Shown piece after piece: positions 30,701 to 38,332 of a stretch of DNA of 64,000 nucleotides. This stretch comes from a virus. Numbering within the stretch: position 1 is the stretch's first letter; every line of letters begins with the position of its first letter. Both the position numbers and the translations under genes were made by a program. The stretch lies in IMG/VR virus record IMGVR_UViG_3300044624_000801, positions 2,924-66,923 of that record; one strand, 5' to 3'. The notes beneath the pieces were generated by a model that did no database searches, was not told the origin of the DNA, and worked only from the letters and a program-made list of their open reading frames with translations.

Positions 30701-32398
30701 ATAAACATCAAATAATACATCTTGATTTATGCTGATTTTTTCTTGGCCTAATTTCCAAGTAGCACCGTCAAACCAATACATCTTGCCTTGATTGGTTCCT
30801 AGTTTAACCAATACTGTTTGATCCCGTTGAGGCTCTGTATCATCAACTTCGATTAATGTTATTTGTTTTTGACGACCTAATCCGAATTGTACTTCGATAA
30901 ATTTTACTTGAAAAATTCTACCCACTACTCTAATGTCAGTGTCAGCAGTAACTAACAATCTGTGTCCGTCGGCTAAATTAACTCCGTCTACATTATATCC
31001 TAAACTGCCTTCGATAGTACTGAAAACATCAGTAGTAAACGTATCAATCAAGTCGATATTTTTTTTGGCGTTGGTTCCAAAATTATAAAGTTTAATTCCA
31101 GCCGCAAATTCAATAATTGGTCGCTTGGCTCTTGCGCTCTGATCTAACTCTGTTGTTATTCCGTTGATCGTAGATGTAATATCTATAATGCCTTTATGAA
31201 ACCATCTGTTATAACGACTCCACGGATTTCTATCTGGGCTTGCTCGATTAACTGTAATATAGTCTTGATCTCCAGCAAATGCAGTAGCATCATCGAATGG
31301 TAATTCATCGAATGCTGTGTCATCAAACAACACTGATCTCTGCTCGCTGTAACCACTGACAATTTCTAAATCATCTGCAGACACTAAACGAATTTTATCA
31401 CCAACTCCCTCAACATACCAATATCCTAAAGCATATTTCGATGGCGATACCTCGCCAACAAAGTTTACTTTCATGCCATTACTAAGCGGATATCCATTAC
31501 CCATGGTATATGTTTTTTTGCCTATAATTTCTTCGTCAACATCAATTTCTGTATTCTCTTCTATATTTTGAATTTGTAATACGCCACCGACATTGACATC
31601 ATCTTCGCTGACATAGAATAAAACATTAGGGGCATCTAGCGGAATTTCAAAAGTCAATATTCCAGACTCTACAGCAGTTGCTCCACTATCATCAACTGAT
31701 ATACCCGAAGTATATCGACTCAGTGTTCCACCTATTCTCTGAGTTTTGATACTAAATGCTTGGTTTGGCGCTGTAACATTAAATTTGTATGTTTGGCCTC
31801 TGTATAATTTTAATACTGGATTTCGAGTCAGTCCATCAGGATTAAAAATATAAGCAAAATTATCTCCCTCGTCTACTAAACTTACAGTGTATTCGCTTTG
31901 AATTGTTTTTTGTTGGCCGTAAACTGGGATAGCAGCAGGTCCGTAAGGCAACCAATAGTATTGTTGAAAATTTACAAACTTATCCCAATCTATCAATGGA
32001 TTCCAACTGTAAAATTCTTGTTTGTTTAATCTACGATGATTATTTGTTATACCACCTTGCACACTAATATGGTTGATATGATCTAGATAATCTTTGTTAA
32101 ACACAACATTATCTAGATCATCTTTGATGATAGCACTGGGTTCTAATTGATAATTTTGTCTGTCAGTAGTAGAAGTTTGAACAAAGATATCATCAGCAGT
32201 GGTGGCTTTGCTGTCTTGACGACCAATAAATCCGTTGACTTTTTTTACAGTGCCAGGCTGTAACAATTGTTCTAATGTAGCGTGAACAAATTTTTTGTTG
32301 CTGTCAGATCTATAAAAACGAGGCAGTAGGCTAGAAATTTTTCTTGAAGAAGGATCTATCGGAACTGGGTATTCGTTTTGACTGTTGTCGTATGCCAT
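18740..32398 (-). CDS. giant (4552 aa) baseplate wedge / structural protein (gp7-position)
   Basis: Uninterrupted 13.7-kb ORF directly after gp6, with repeated VY(L/V)NG, SG.GY...P.V, FG-GAP-like and W...Y..G.IV modules. Confidence 0.75.
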   Translation of the reverse strand: MAYDNSQNEYPVPIDPSSRKISSLLPRFYRSDSNKKFVHATLEQLLQPGTVKKVNGFIGRQDSKATTADDIFVQTSTTDRQNYQLEPSAIIKDDLDNVVFNKDYLDHINHISVQGGITNNHRRLNKQEFYSWNPLIDWDKFVNFQQYYWLPYGPAAIPVYGQQKTIQSEYTVSLVDEGDNFAYIFNPDGLTRNPVLKLYRGQTYKFNVTAPNQAFSIKTQRIGGTLSRYTSGISVDDSGATAVESGILTFEIPLDAPNVLFYVSEDDVNVGGVLQIQNIEENTEIDVDEEIIGKKTYTMGNGYPLSNGMKVNFVGEVSPSKYALGYWYVEGVGDKIRLVSADDLEIVSGYSEQRSVLFDDTAFDELPFDDATAFAGDQDYITVNRASPDRNPWSRYNRWFHKGIIDITSTINGITTELDQSARAKRPIIEFAAGIKLYNFGTNAKKNIDLIDTFTTDVFSTIEGSLGYNVDGVNLADGHRLLVTADTDIRVVGRIFQVKFIEVQFGLGRQKQITLIEVDDTEPQRDQTVLVKLGTNQGKMYWFDGATWKLGQEKISINQDVLFDVYDNDNVGISDINKYEGSTFVGTKVFSYQRGTGIDDSVLKFPLTYRNINNIGDVVFNFNYTTDKFSYKQAAELITVDVSTNYLKIVLDDTETYTNGWITNYYDDFQRVIRIYKGQVQTNNFNIDVYDDINDLADLRVSVYLNGIRLSNTQYVIEDGIKFKYIVLNVSADLNDVIVIKTLATQAKNINGYYELPVSLQNNPLNENVNIFTLGQVNNHVDSIINNLTNFEGVFPGNNNLRDLGSIAQYGTRFIQHSGPLVNSLYHIGSRTSNAVNAIDTAGDDYGKFKRNFLMTAENLGIDTTPRDFVDLVLNEINKSKSNTEKYYLSDMVPHTGLQNYQFTVLDSEISTYPLSFNFDMSTLSNHAVLVYLNGEQLIFAKDYEFNSQGFVNILISLAEGDTIDIAEYDSTDGCFIPSTPSKLGLYPKFVPEIYNDDTYLESTRVIQGHDGSITLAFNDYRDDLILELEKRIYNNIKVNYDSEIIDIYDIIPGYSRATEYSRQEFLDILSGSFYRWASLIDNNIVVNDFFDRLDPFTFNYNQNKLPNGEDSPGFWRGIYRYLLDTDRPHTHPWECLGFSIEPSWWQSVYGPRPYTSDNLILWEDLQNGYVREPNTPVVTREKFVRPGLLSRIPVDQDGNLTSPLLSNSIFGFIQVDANNDFVFGDSAPTETAWSRSSYYAFAVIQTALLMYPNKTLGLYLDRSRTVKNLTGQFVYADTNLRIKFKDIILPATVQSTDRTYTAGIINWIVDSQTGVNVEIYNGYKYDLKNITCGLTSKLGGFTSKEKFRLLLDSKSPSSTSNVFVPDENYDIFLNTNSPIQKINYSGVVIQKSVDGFEVRGYNFDDPYFDYYQPQGAGRVVNIGGISESFLNWSAGQVYRIQTIVRENNQFFKCTVSHTSTDSFDQTKFIRLSALPISGGRDIVIKKSFATSITRVPYGTKFTEYQDVVDFLIGYGKRLETLGFIFDSFNSALNTITNWETSAKEFAFWLTQNWTVGTVLCLSPSALKISLRTELAQINNIFDIFYPYSILQSDGQPLSADFINTNREDNVYSLSPKNTGQGIYGASFYLIQKEHVLLLDNITQFNDVIYDLQPGYRQERIKVLGYLSNNWDGGFNIPGFIYDEAKVEVWKSWTDYYLGDIVQYKQYYYAAKKFTPGSLEFDNDNWNILEDKPQKGLLPNWDYKAEQFNDFYDLNTDNFDTNQQKVAQHLIGYQKRTYLENIIKDDVSQYKFYQGMIIEKGTENVFNKLFDVLSATTQESLTLDEEWAVRVGQYGGSAAYEEIEFTLDEEQFKTNPQGLELTSNTSVDNVDFIIRQNINDIYLKPVNFTYDFWPTLTTSSKLLRNAGYVRYNDVALNIDSLADLLLPANSSVTLKEGDYVWTVFDGIDWNVYRYTKIVNSVEVIETTTTTVQLDFSKLTDLAVGDIIGIANTVSLNGFYKISQIVGRKITLTNTNKGTHDAGDSSQILVYKFVSARLETNIDDANDRLPENLKRNELLWTDNNNKWTVWQNNSVFSIDQMDQGLPVAQQKFGTSFSIDDAANTMAVSTALQSVFIFAKSPEGNWVQKQTIQQLQNLSAAGNRFGASVTLSKDARWLFVGAPTATDVKTKFVGNLQFPQSYPQGAIVQSGLSHWRAMYNLGADSAVITEFLDDWEPARLIEAELSGTGSGLTNQGMVYIYQRDDTGNYILNHSIVSPYPAQSELFGSKIKITENNGEYLAVISSPGTNANQGRLYFFRYGDVSVDSGFEWHMDYNRAYRGYHNPGFEYNVGDIVYYDFKIYQAIAQVPTDPFENNPSLWQEIDNTNIQCFVPKLITTLDIDEQVINDGSTTLLQSENVESVFAGDKFGYEFDLSTDGSMLVASAPHSDNLNYDGYKGPYRSDMAYFIGEIVIYNGQYWQFTGPYGEEGDSTAIEDSTKIFNAGNFNYDKWTPLDLTAIDKGKVFVYTYTQDTFQLIDTLSSRDFNIDQQCRFGESVSLTRSGSTLAVGSILYDDQTSDQGAVFVFNYNNTLNRFDDLQIIKKKYAEVAEQFGSTVRFFDDDKSLAIFAKRGDSSITITFDISLATPTTFDGNNMSLTDTFVDSGRVDIYDKYLNNYVYGESLKTYLEIQDDGYGSVIETSRYNVLVSAPLATYNNLPSAGAIWLYNRPGTSYSWSILHQQADYVDIDKIKKLYFYNADTNQLISYIDTIDPIRGKIAGVADQEIKYKTYYDPATYSTGIDSVIVDDGANWTDKFVGTLWWDLTRAKFLDHYDSDVAYRNTTWNTLYETASIDVFEWVKSKFTPSRWNELADTEEGLAQGISGQARYGDNIVSTKRRYDTQTKNFKTSYYFWVKNKTTIPANIEGRTLSALAVSRLISDPKSQNYKFVAFGSANSIHLFNCKNLLSADSVKLNVQYWLVPNDTVNIHSQWKLIRQDADCIVPAAIENKWIDSLVGKDKNDRLVPDINLPVKKKYGIEFRPRQSMFVYRYEALKQVIERTNSILQNLLVVDDFDLTDLQQAENIPAASRGVYDRVLDTDAEIRFISTNGLRSARLTPIIVDGKIIGATVIDSGIGYTNAPYVKISGKGIDASLKTTLDAQGRITGVTVLNSGIGYTASTTLSVRPYSVLVTSDSQALNRWSVYAYDTGSLTWSRVKSQSYDVTNFWNYIDWFAEGYNQFTQIDYSVNYTYQIPLIQSNIGETVKVFNVGTGGWLLLEKYAQVNSQDYTQSYKVIGRQRGTIEFSSSLYKLTNSLLTFDGGLYDNNSYDNSATIELRIILETLKNKIFVDNYRQYWLDLLFVGFRYALSEQSYLDWLMKTSFIKATHNAGELKQKVNYNNDNLENYEDYINEVKPYRTKVREYISAYSKVDGAPSMISDFDLPQVYNSEGKIEPINVRYIDNTVIYNSSQVLEYPWKNWYDNVGFKIKSIEIVNGGSGYVIPPVVRISGNGTGAVASAFIANGKVNRIKIINPGTGYLSAPTVILDGGLAENGVAAQAVAIIESEVVRSMHVSVKFDRTSKNYYITELTETETFTGSGSLKQFILKWPADVKVGKSTITVAGQEILRENYTITKKSSVTRGYTAYYSVLTLDEAPAIGETVSVNYYKDVTLLSAADRINFFYNPTTGQLGNDLGQLLVGVDYGGVNVTGLGFGAGAGWDALPWFSDQWDGFDAAFDDYIVTVGDSTYVFTLPYTPTLGQEINIYVNGLRIDDPYFDLYDGSTIQPNGRKLAQDWVVMSTFIGDGITNVIDLPNLTDPYPLNINDGDKIIFRKSTSDGSFLPNENEYDTILQGGNLAYTTATGIAPDDIILDGDNFVTPDTSHGPEELVPGQILDAVAIKVYAMSRDGSAKIKWNNYKGNGTNVNFSLKQYANSKQAITVLVNGIVKEQSIDYTVDWQNSNVVFTVPPVLDSDVAVSSFSFNGEGILDLDYFVGDGSTMEFITNTSWIAGATSIVLVNGDLLNYDLFQTDITYQSAYRVGIRFVSPPPSGSIVNYLIQRQFFSDDSTELQKTSVVKSETIVTDGSTTVYSLTNVVGFNDIYENNVIVRTGQTILRSSSAEYFTLTNNNLIYSLPQHKFAPYSFAPINLKVYLNGVQLIVGSEYIFDFGTVSVVLTSSKYIDNGKLIVVVDTDAEYKMTASTIQFVNTVWPAGTEFEIVSFYNHDVMDIQRKSDTITSAISLTAGTVDYFTFRNKERGLFVLDRTTVSDDFVWVIKNGNLLTHSVDWKLLADRRTIEVKDVLPNDKLSVIGYNPTAVTEQYSYMQFKDMLNRTHYKRLNKNKQTFIVNDLNQTDIGITVDNASVLDDPNPEGNLPGIVYINGERIEYFAKTGNVLSRLRRGTLGTGVPTVHRSGTDIINIGISETIPYKDELVIETFVSTDSSNVLHTNFVPEATPATIDDGSTVYTPWYRNTIPSNFGQCDQIEVFVAGYRLKKVPYKLHDITVHLESPEGDVQYESEFSVDGETSTVRLTTTPPDDTKIVVVKKIGKMWSDLDTSLVDSTNNIANFIKSAPGVWPL

Positions 32399-32407
32399 TG
32401 TTTACCT

Positions 32408-35400
32408 TTAAGAACTAGAAATTTGATTTTTGTTTGCAATTTTTTCGGTTGTCGTAATTGCACCGATGGCTTTTATTTTACTTGCTGTAATACTGGATAC
32501 AATTTCGATATCATCAACTGTTGCTCCATTTACAAAAATTTCATCTTTTTCACATGTGATTTCAAACAAACTACCAAAATATAAATTGTCTGCTTTGGGC
32601 ACAATGACGAAACTCACTATAAACGGTGAAAGTTCTGCTAATACAAATGTTGATAATTCCCCGAAATAAAATGTATTTCCAAAATCCCAATTTTCAATTG
32701 AGAAAAATTTTGTTATAGAATTTAATATTCGTGTTTTAACATCATTGTCACTGATAACTTGTTCTGTGTTTTTTACCACTTTGAATGTGGCCTGCAAATC
32801 TATTTTTGCAAGACTGCCAAACAATATTTTAAATTTCACAGGATGATAAATGATTTCGTCACTTATAGATTTAATTTTTCTTAATGTAGGATGAAGATCA
32901 TTATATAAACTGTCACTGCTAGGAGGTAGCGGTTCTTCTTCGATTGAACCGTTGACATATTGTCTATATGCAGTGTCGTATTCTTTAGTTAAAATAAAAA
33001 TATCAATAATGTTTGTAATTCCAGGATCAATTCTAGTTTCATAATCTGCATTATGAATATACTGGAATTTTAATCTATCTCGACCAACTAATACTTTGTA
33101 TTGCAAACTTGGTATCAGCGTAGACGCAACTTTGTCTAATTTTTTTACTACATCAGTGTCAATAAAATAAAAATGTTGTGCTTCTACGTATTGAGAATAA
33201 GAAGAAATTGAGGTCTCTGACGGTAAAATTATAACTACAGGATTAGTTAAATCATTATAGATGTATCGATAATCTTCCTGACGATCACCGATAGTATATT
33301 TTTCTTGTATAATATATTTTCTCTGAAGGACTTCAAGATTTGTTTCTGTAACAGAAGGAGGATCAACAATATCATTAAAGATATCTGGATTATCTACAAC
33401 ACTGTCTTCGTCCGTATCGGTAAAAGTAATTTCAATTTTCTTAGTGTCAACGTATCCATCTAATCCACTGTATTCTTTGAGAATAGACCAATCTCTATCA
33501 AAAGTATAAGCAGAAGTCAATGGTGCGGGCGCAGTGTTTATACTTAAAACTTTTATCTTATCTTTGGCCACTGTGTTTGTTCTAGTGTCATAAATTTTAT
33601 CACTGCTGTCGTAATAAAATCTAATTTGTTGATCACTCTCAAATATGTAACGAAGTTTTCTAGAATTAACTGTGTAAAATTCATCGTCTGGTGTGAACAA
33701 AATTAACCAACTAGAATCTAACTTTTGATTAGATCTGTCACCTGCTTTACCTAGACTAAACAGATTAGACACATTTAAATTTTGTTCAAAAACAATTTTC
33801 CAAGTTCTAGTTGTTCTGTCATATCTCAGACCAAATGGTCTATTATCAAACACTAGATCAATAATAGTTGTAATTGTGCTGCTTTCGATTGTATTTTTAT
33901 ATTTAGGAATAATTCTAGATAATCTAGCATCATTAGGAACAATGTCATTTAATATAATAGGACCAAAACCGGTAGACAAAGTGCCGGTGTTGTTGGCAGT
34001 GCCGTCACCGGTCACAGATACAACTTTAGTCCATAATACTGTAGATCCGTTAGATGGAATTCCGCTTGACGGAATTGTTTCTAATTTATTATTGGAAGAT
34101 TTATTGAAATACTGACCAGTAGGCGCAGTAAATTTAACCAATGCTCCCGATTCAACATAAGTTAAATCAGTGCTGGTAAATTGTCCGGTTGCATACGGAA
34201 TAGTGTCTACTATATTTCCAAAATATCCAGTGCTTTGATTAGTGTCTACTGTCTTAGAATACCATCTTGAAATAATAGTTGCAGATGTATCAATTTCGTA
34301 ATTGGCATAGAAATAATTTTTTAAGTTATCATCTTTGATAACATTGAATAATTGATTATAAACTACAAACTCAATATCAGTTTTAGTCACATAAGAAAAT
34401 CTAAAACTGTCAGAATACAATTCTTTATAAACTACGCCGTCATCAGAAAATAAATTTGTTTTACTGTATTTTCCTGTAGGATCCACTAGATCAAAATAAC
34501 GACTTATTCCGCTGGAACTTCTATTAACTGCTTTGATCTTGAGAATTTCCTGACTCACTGCTAAAGGACTAATATTATAATCCTCTCCTGTGATCATTCT
34601 ATTTTGAGTGTAATAACTGGCCGGCGCATTAGTTTTGATACTGTCATTAGTTTCTGTGGCGGCTGCATTGACCACAGTGGACAACAAACTCATGTTAATT
34701 GTTAATACTTCAATTTGACCTGTATTACTGACATAAGAAATATCCACACTTACTGAACGAATGTCTTTGGGATTAATAGTGTAGGAAAATCCATTGCTGG
34801 TTCTATAGTAGATTCTAAAAGTGCCTAATGGCAACGTGCCGAATACTCCGTCAGAAAAATTCAAACTTATTCTATCACCAACACGGGTAATGACACTATA
34901 GATGTTTCTTATATTTTTTTCTAAACTGTTGTAAATGGTGTTGTTGCCTTTGAAATCAGATACCGGAGCCCAGTACTGAGATTCTCTACCGTTGTTGTCT
35001 AATTTGTATAGCCATACATCTGTGTTGTTGATGTTGGCAGCATCTATGTCAACAATTTCATTTGACCCTGGTTGATCTAGTGTAAATGTGCCGGTATTAA
35101 GTTGGCCCTGTCTAAAGTGAAAGAAAAATCCAGTGTTACTTGACCCAGTGCCCTTGCCATCATCCTTGTAGATAAAAGCAGGTGTTACGCCCAATGCTGG
35201 TGGCTCTTCTTTCACCACGGAATTCAACGTGTCTATAACTGTGCTGGTAATTTCAAATTGCATGTTTCGGCCATCAACTGCTTTAGTAAACCCAAACACT
35301 GGCACATCGGTGCTGATGCCTTTAAATCTATACTGCTCTGTAGGAACTCCTACTATGGTGGCCTTGGCATCAGGTTTACCAAATTGTCTGTTGGGTTCCA

Positions 35401-35890
35401 ATGCCGAATTAATTACTTTGATAAATTGCTCGTTCCAATTGGCGTTGGTGGGGTCATTCCATGCTACTGTGATGCCTGAAAGATTTCTGTTGTTAGAATC
35501 AATCACTGCTTCTGTAGTTTTTACGCTGGTAAATTTTAAAAATCCGTTGGCTGCTAAATTCCGCTTGGCATTGTAACTTAACAGTCTTGCTAATCTCAAT
35601 ACACTTTCGCGACGTTCTGCTAGTTCTAAAAAATTATCACGGGCATTTAAATCTACACGAAATGCTATGCTTTGTCCTAAAAACGCAATAAGATCTATCA
35701 ACGCTAGGTATTCAGAACTTTCAACATAGTCATTAAAATCTTCAGGGTAGTTTTCTCTAATGTAAGATATCATTACTCTGCGAAGATTTTCAAAGTCGTA
35801 ACTTTGGAAATCAGCATTTCTAAAAGTCTGATATATGCGTTTCCAGTCTTCAGCAACTAGTAATCGATTCTGACGATCGGTAGATGACAT
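32408..35890 (-). CDS. gp6: baseplate wedge subunit gp6-like
   Basis: DFQSYDFENLR...DFNDYVESS..LIDLIA, ESVLRLARLLSY, FSDGVFG and QNRMITGEDY motifs; follows gp25. Confidence 0.85.
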   Translation of the reverse strand: MSSTDRQNRLLVAEDWKRIYQTFRNADFQSYDFENLRRVMISYIRENYPEDFNDYVESSEYLALIDLIAFLGQSIAFRVDLNARDNFLELAERRESVLRLARLLSYNAKRNLAANGFLKFTSVKTTEAVIDSNNRNLSGITVAWNDPTNANWNEQFIKVINSALEPNRQFGKPDAKATIVGVPTEQYRFKGISTDVPVFGFTKAVDGRNMQFEITSTVIDTLNSVVKEEPPALGVTPAFIYKDDGKGTGSSNTGFFFHFRQGQLNTGTFTLDQPGSNEIVDIDAANINNTDVWLYKLDNNGRESQYWAPVSDFKGNNTIYNSLEKNIRNIYSVITRVGDRISLNFSDGVFGTLPLGTFRIYYRTSNGFSYTINPKDIRSVSVDISYVSNTGQIEVLTINMSLLSTVVNAAATETNDSIKTNAPASYYTQNRMITGEDYNISPLAVSQEILKIKAVNRSSSGISRYFDLVDPTGKYSKTNLFSDDGVVYKELYSDSFRFSYVTKTDIEFVVYNQLFNVIKDDNLKNYFYANYEIDTSATIISRWYSKTVDTNQSTGYFGNIVDTIPYATGQFTSTDLTYVESGALVKFTAPTGQYFNKSSNNKLETIPSSGIPSNGSTVLWTKVVSVTGDGTANNTGTLSTGFGPIILNDIVPNDARLSRIIPKYKNTIESSTITTIIDLVFDNRPFGLRYDRTTRTWKIVFEQNLNVSNLFSLGKAGDRSNQKLDSSWLILFTPDDEFYTVNSRKLRYIFESDQQIRFYYDSSDKIYDTRTNTVAKDKIKVLSINTAPAPLTSAYTFDRDWSILKEYSGLDGYVDTKKIEITFTDTDEDSVVDNPDIFNDIVDPPSVTETNLEVLQRKYIIQEKYTIGDRQEDYRYIYNDLTNPVVIILPSETSISSYSQYVEAQHFYFIDTDVVKKLDKVASTLIPSLQYKVLVGRDRLKFQYIHNADYETRIDPGITNIIDIFILTKEYDTAYRQYVNGSIEEEPLPPSSDSLYNDLHPTLRKIKSISDEIIYHPVKFKILFGSLAKIDLQATFKVVKNTEQVISDNDVKTRILNSITKFFSIENWDFGNTFYFGELSTFVLAELSPFIVSFVIVPKADNLYFGSLFEITCEKDEIFVNGATVDDIEIVSSITASKIKAIGAITTTEKIANKNQISSS

Positions 35891-35909
35891 CGTTTATCCT
35901 TGTTCAGTA

Positions 35910-35917
35910 TATTTATT
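35910..35917 (-). promoter_or_regulatory. late promoter variant AATAAATA
   Basis: 7/8 match in the gap upstream of the gp6 RBS. Confidence 0.55.
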
Positions 35918-35936
35918 TGTAAATTAAACTACGCAT

Positions 35937-36380
35937 TTAACTTATTAGACCATTGTCTTGATCAAATTTAAATTGCAAACTTTCACTTATATTGAAATTT
36001 AAATATACCAATTCACATTCAATTTGTATCCCACTTTCGTATTGATTTACAATGATTTGGTCGGCCTTGATCCGAGGATCGTAATTTATAATATCTTCAA
36101 CATTTTTTACAATGGCATTTCGAACTTCGGGAGTAAATGGTTCATACAATAGGTCCCAAATCACTGTGCCAAATGTTGGATTTTCTAACTTTTCGCCTTG
36201 GCGAATGTGAAAATGATTTACTATGTCTTGTTTGATCAATGCGAGATCATACAATCCAAAATTTTCAGTAGCATTACTAATTGTACTGAAACCTTTGTAA
36301 ATTTTTGTGTTGGGAGTTTGTTGAGATTGACCTGGTCCCTTGACTGTGATTCTATTATATAATCTGTTGTTGATTGTCAT
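35937..36380 (-). CDS. gp25: baseplate wedge subunit gp25-like
   Basis: IRQGEKLENPTFGTVIWDLLYEP and YDPRI motifs of the GPW/gp25 family. Confidence 0.9.
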   Translation of the reverse strand: MTINNRLYNRITVKGPGQSQQTPNTKIYKGFSTISNATENFGLYDLALIKQDIVNHFHIRQGEKLENPTFGTVIWDLLYEPFTPEVRNAIVKNVEDIINYDPRIKADQIIVNQYESGIQIECELVYLNFNISESLQFKFDQDNGLIS

Positions 36381-38332
36381 ATTTCGCTTGCTCCTGAAAT
36401 TTTAGCAAATGTATCTGTTCCAGTAGTGTATTTTTTCCAATATTCAGACGTATCGGCGATTGACGAACTATTTCCCTCGTTCCTATCATCGATATCCCTA
36501 TCAGTCTGATCAGGTTTAAATTTTACCGGGTCAAGATTTTCATGATGTGGCCAAGGCTCGTGTGTGGGTATTCTACGCATGATCGACTGCGTTAATTCAC
36601 TGCCTTCTTCATCTGGTAAACTGTGAGTTTTTAATTCTTTTGGTAGTTCTGCTTCGCTGGCCTCACTTGCAGAGTCGGCGCCGCCAGGTGCTGCGGCAAC
36701 TGCTGCCGTAACTGCTGTGGGTGCTGCTGGACCATTAAGATTAATTGTACCAGCACTAAGCACCAATGATGCTCCGCCAATGCTGGTTGCGCCACCACCG
36801 GTCCATCTACTGTCTCCGCCACTTTTAATATCTAGTGACCCGCCAGATGTGATTGCAGTGTTGCCGCCAGTATTAATATCTAAATTACCAGTAGTAGTAA
36901 TTTTTCTGTTACCTACTACAGTATAATCAATATTACCTGTTCTTTTAATAACTTCACTTCCAAAAATGGTAGAATTTACAGTTGCGCCGCCGCCAGACCC
37001 ACCGCCTACGTCCCAGTTGAGTCCTTGTTGAAAGTTCCAGTCTACTTGGCCTGTTACTTTATGTTTCCAGTTGGCATCGTACACCCAGTCTACATCGCTT
37101 TTTACATGATGTAGATAATTTGCATCAAACAAAATATTAACATCTTCTTTTACATGGTGAGTGTATGTTGTATCATATGTTATATCTACTGCTGCTTTAA
37201 TATGAATTTTTTGATTAGCATCAACGATTAAAATTTGATCTCCAATAACATGTGTGTGCATTTCACCTGCAACTTTAGTATTAAAATTTCGTCCTGCCTC
37301 AAAATTAATATCTCTATCGGCATAGAAATTTAAATCTTGTTTAGTGTGCAAACTTACACTATCTTCAGCATAGATATCTATTTTGCCATCACTGGTCATT
37401 TCAATCCAACTGGTGCCACGAGCATTGCCAATATAAATTAAATCTTCTGTATTGTGTAGCAGTATTTGATGACCTGTACGTGTTCTAAATCTTAATAAAT
37501 CATTGTGGGGTCTATAAACATCACCGTCAGTTTCATCTTGTTCAACTGCTGCGTATTCAGGAGGACCTTCTGACGGTGATGTCTTACGAAGAAATTTATC
37601 ATCACCGTCGTCCATAACAAAACTTGAGCCGCCAACTCTGCTGATAAATGCTTCGTTAATAGCATGCTCAAATTTTCCAACTTTTCCACGTGGACCTTTT
37701 TTATCAATTGGGCCAGGAGTCGATATGCCAAACACAGCACTGGGAATTTCTCTTCTAGCACTGGATGTGGTAATACCTCTAATGTCATCCTCTAACAGGC
37801 CTTGTTCAAGATATCTGTCTTGCAAAAATGGATGAAAAGGTTTCAACAATCGTGTGGTATCTTTAGCACTGATATCGTTTGCTTTTTTATTATATTCAGC
37901 AACGGGAGTTCTTGATTTATCGCCGTCTACATTAAATGATGTAGCAGCATACCCCGGTACCATAAAGTTTACATTAGGATCTAACACACACCCAATCCAA
38001 AATCCTCTTCTAGGATCCCCGTCTATAAAGATTACTACAACTGTGTTGCCAATATCGGGCGGCACCATCCACATGCCGTATGATTTTTGTGTGCTGTTGT
38101 ATTCGTTGTTTTCGTCCACATATGCCACACTGGTACTGCCAGCAAACGGACTTAGGTATTTGACCTGATGCACTTGGCCTTCTCTAGCATTTTGATTGCC
38201 AGACTCGTGTAACAGTTCCACTTCCAATGTGCCCATATAATAGGGATCAGTGATACTGACCACTCTGGCTAAAAAAGGTCCAGGACGAGAATCCGGTTTA
38301 GCGCCTTCTGCTAGTCTATCGTCATTACTCAT
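36377..38332 (-). CDS. gp5: baseplate central spike gp5-like (OB-fold + beta-helix, no lysozyme)
   Basis: N-terminal DPYYMGTLEV and GMWMVPPDIGNTVVVIF (gp5/VgrG OB fold), RTRTGHQI, and beta-helix repeats. Start at the TAATG overlap at 38332. Confidence 0.8.
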   Translation of the reverse strand: MSNDDRLAEGAKPDSRPGPFLARVVSITDPYYMGTLEVELLHESGNQNAREGQVHQVKYLSPFAGSTSVAYVDENNEYNSTQKSYGMWMVPPDIGNTVVVIFIDGDPRRGFWIGCVLDPNVNFMVPGYAATSFNVDGDKSRTPVAEYNKKANDISAKDTTRLLKPFHPFLQDRYLEQGLLEDDIRGITTSSARREIPSAVFGISTPGPIDKKGPRGKVGKFEHAINEAFISRVGGSSFVMDDGDDKFLRKTSPSEGPPEYAAVEQDETDGDVYRPHNDLLRFRTRTGHQILLHNTEDLIYIGNARGTSWIEMTSDGKIDIYAEDSVSLHTKQDLNFYADRDINFEAGRNFNTKVAGEMHTHVIGDQILIVDANQKIHIKAAVDITYDTTYTHHVKEDVNILFDANYLHHVKSDVDWVYDANWKHKVTGQVDWNFQQGLNWDVGGGSGGGATVNSTIFGSEVIKRTGNIDYTVVGNRKITTTGNLDINTGGNTAITSGGSLDIKSGGDSRWTGGGATSIGGASLVLSAGTINLNGPAAPTAVTAAVAAAPGGADSASEASEAELPKELKTHSLPDEEGSELTQSIMRRIPTHEPWPHHENLDPVKFKPDQTDRDIDDRNEGNSSSIADTSEYWKKYTTGTDTFAKISGASEI

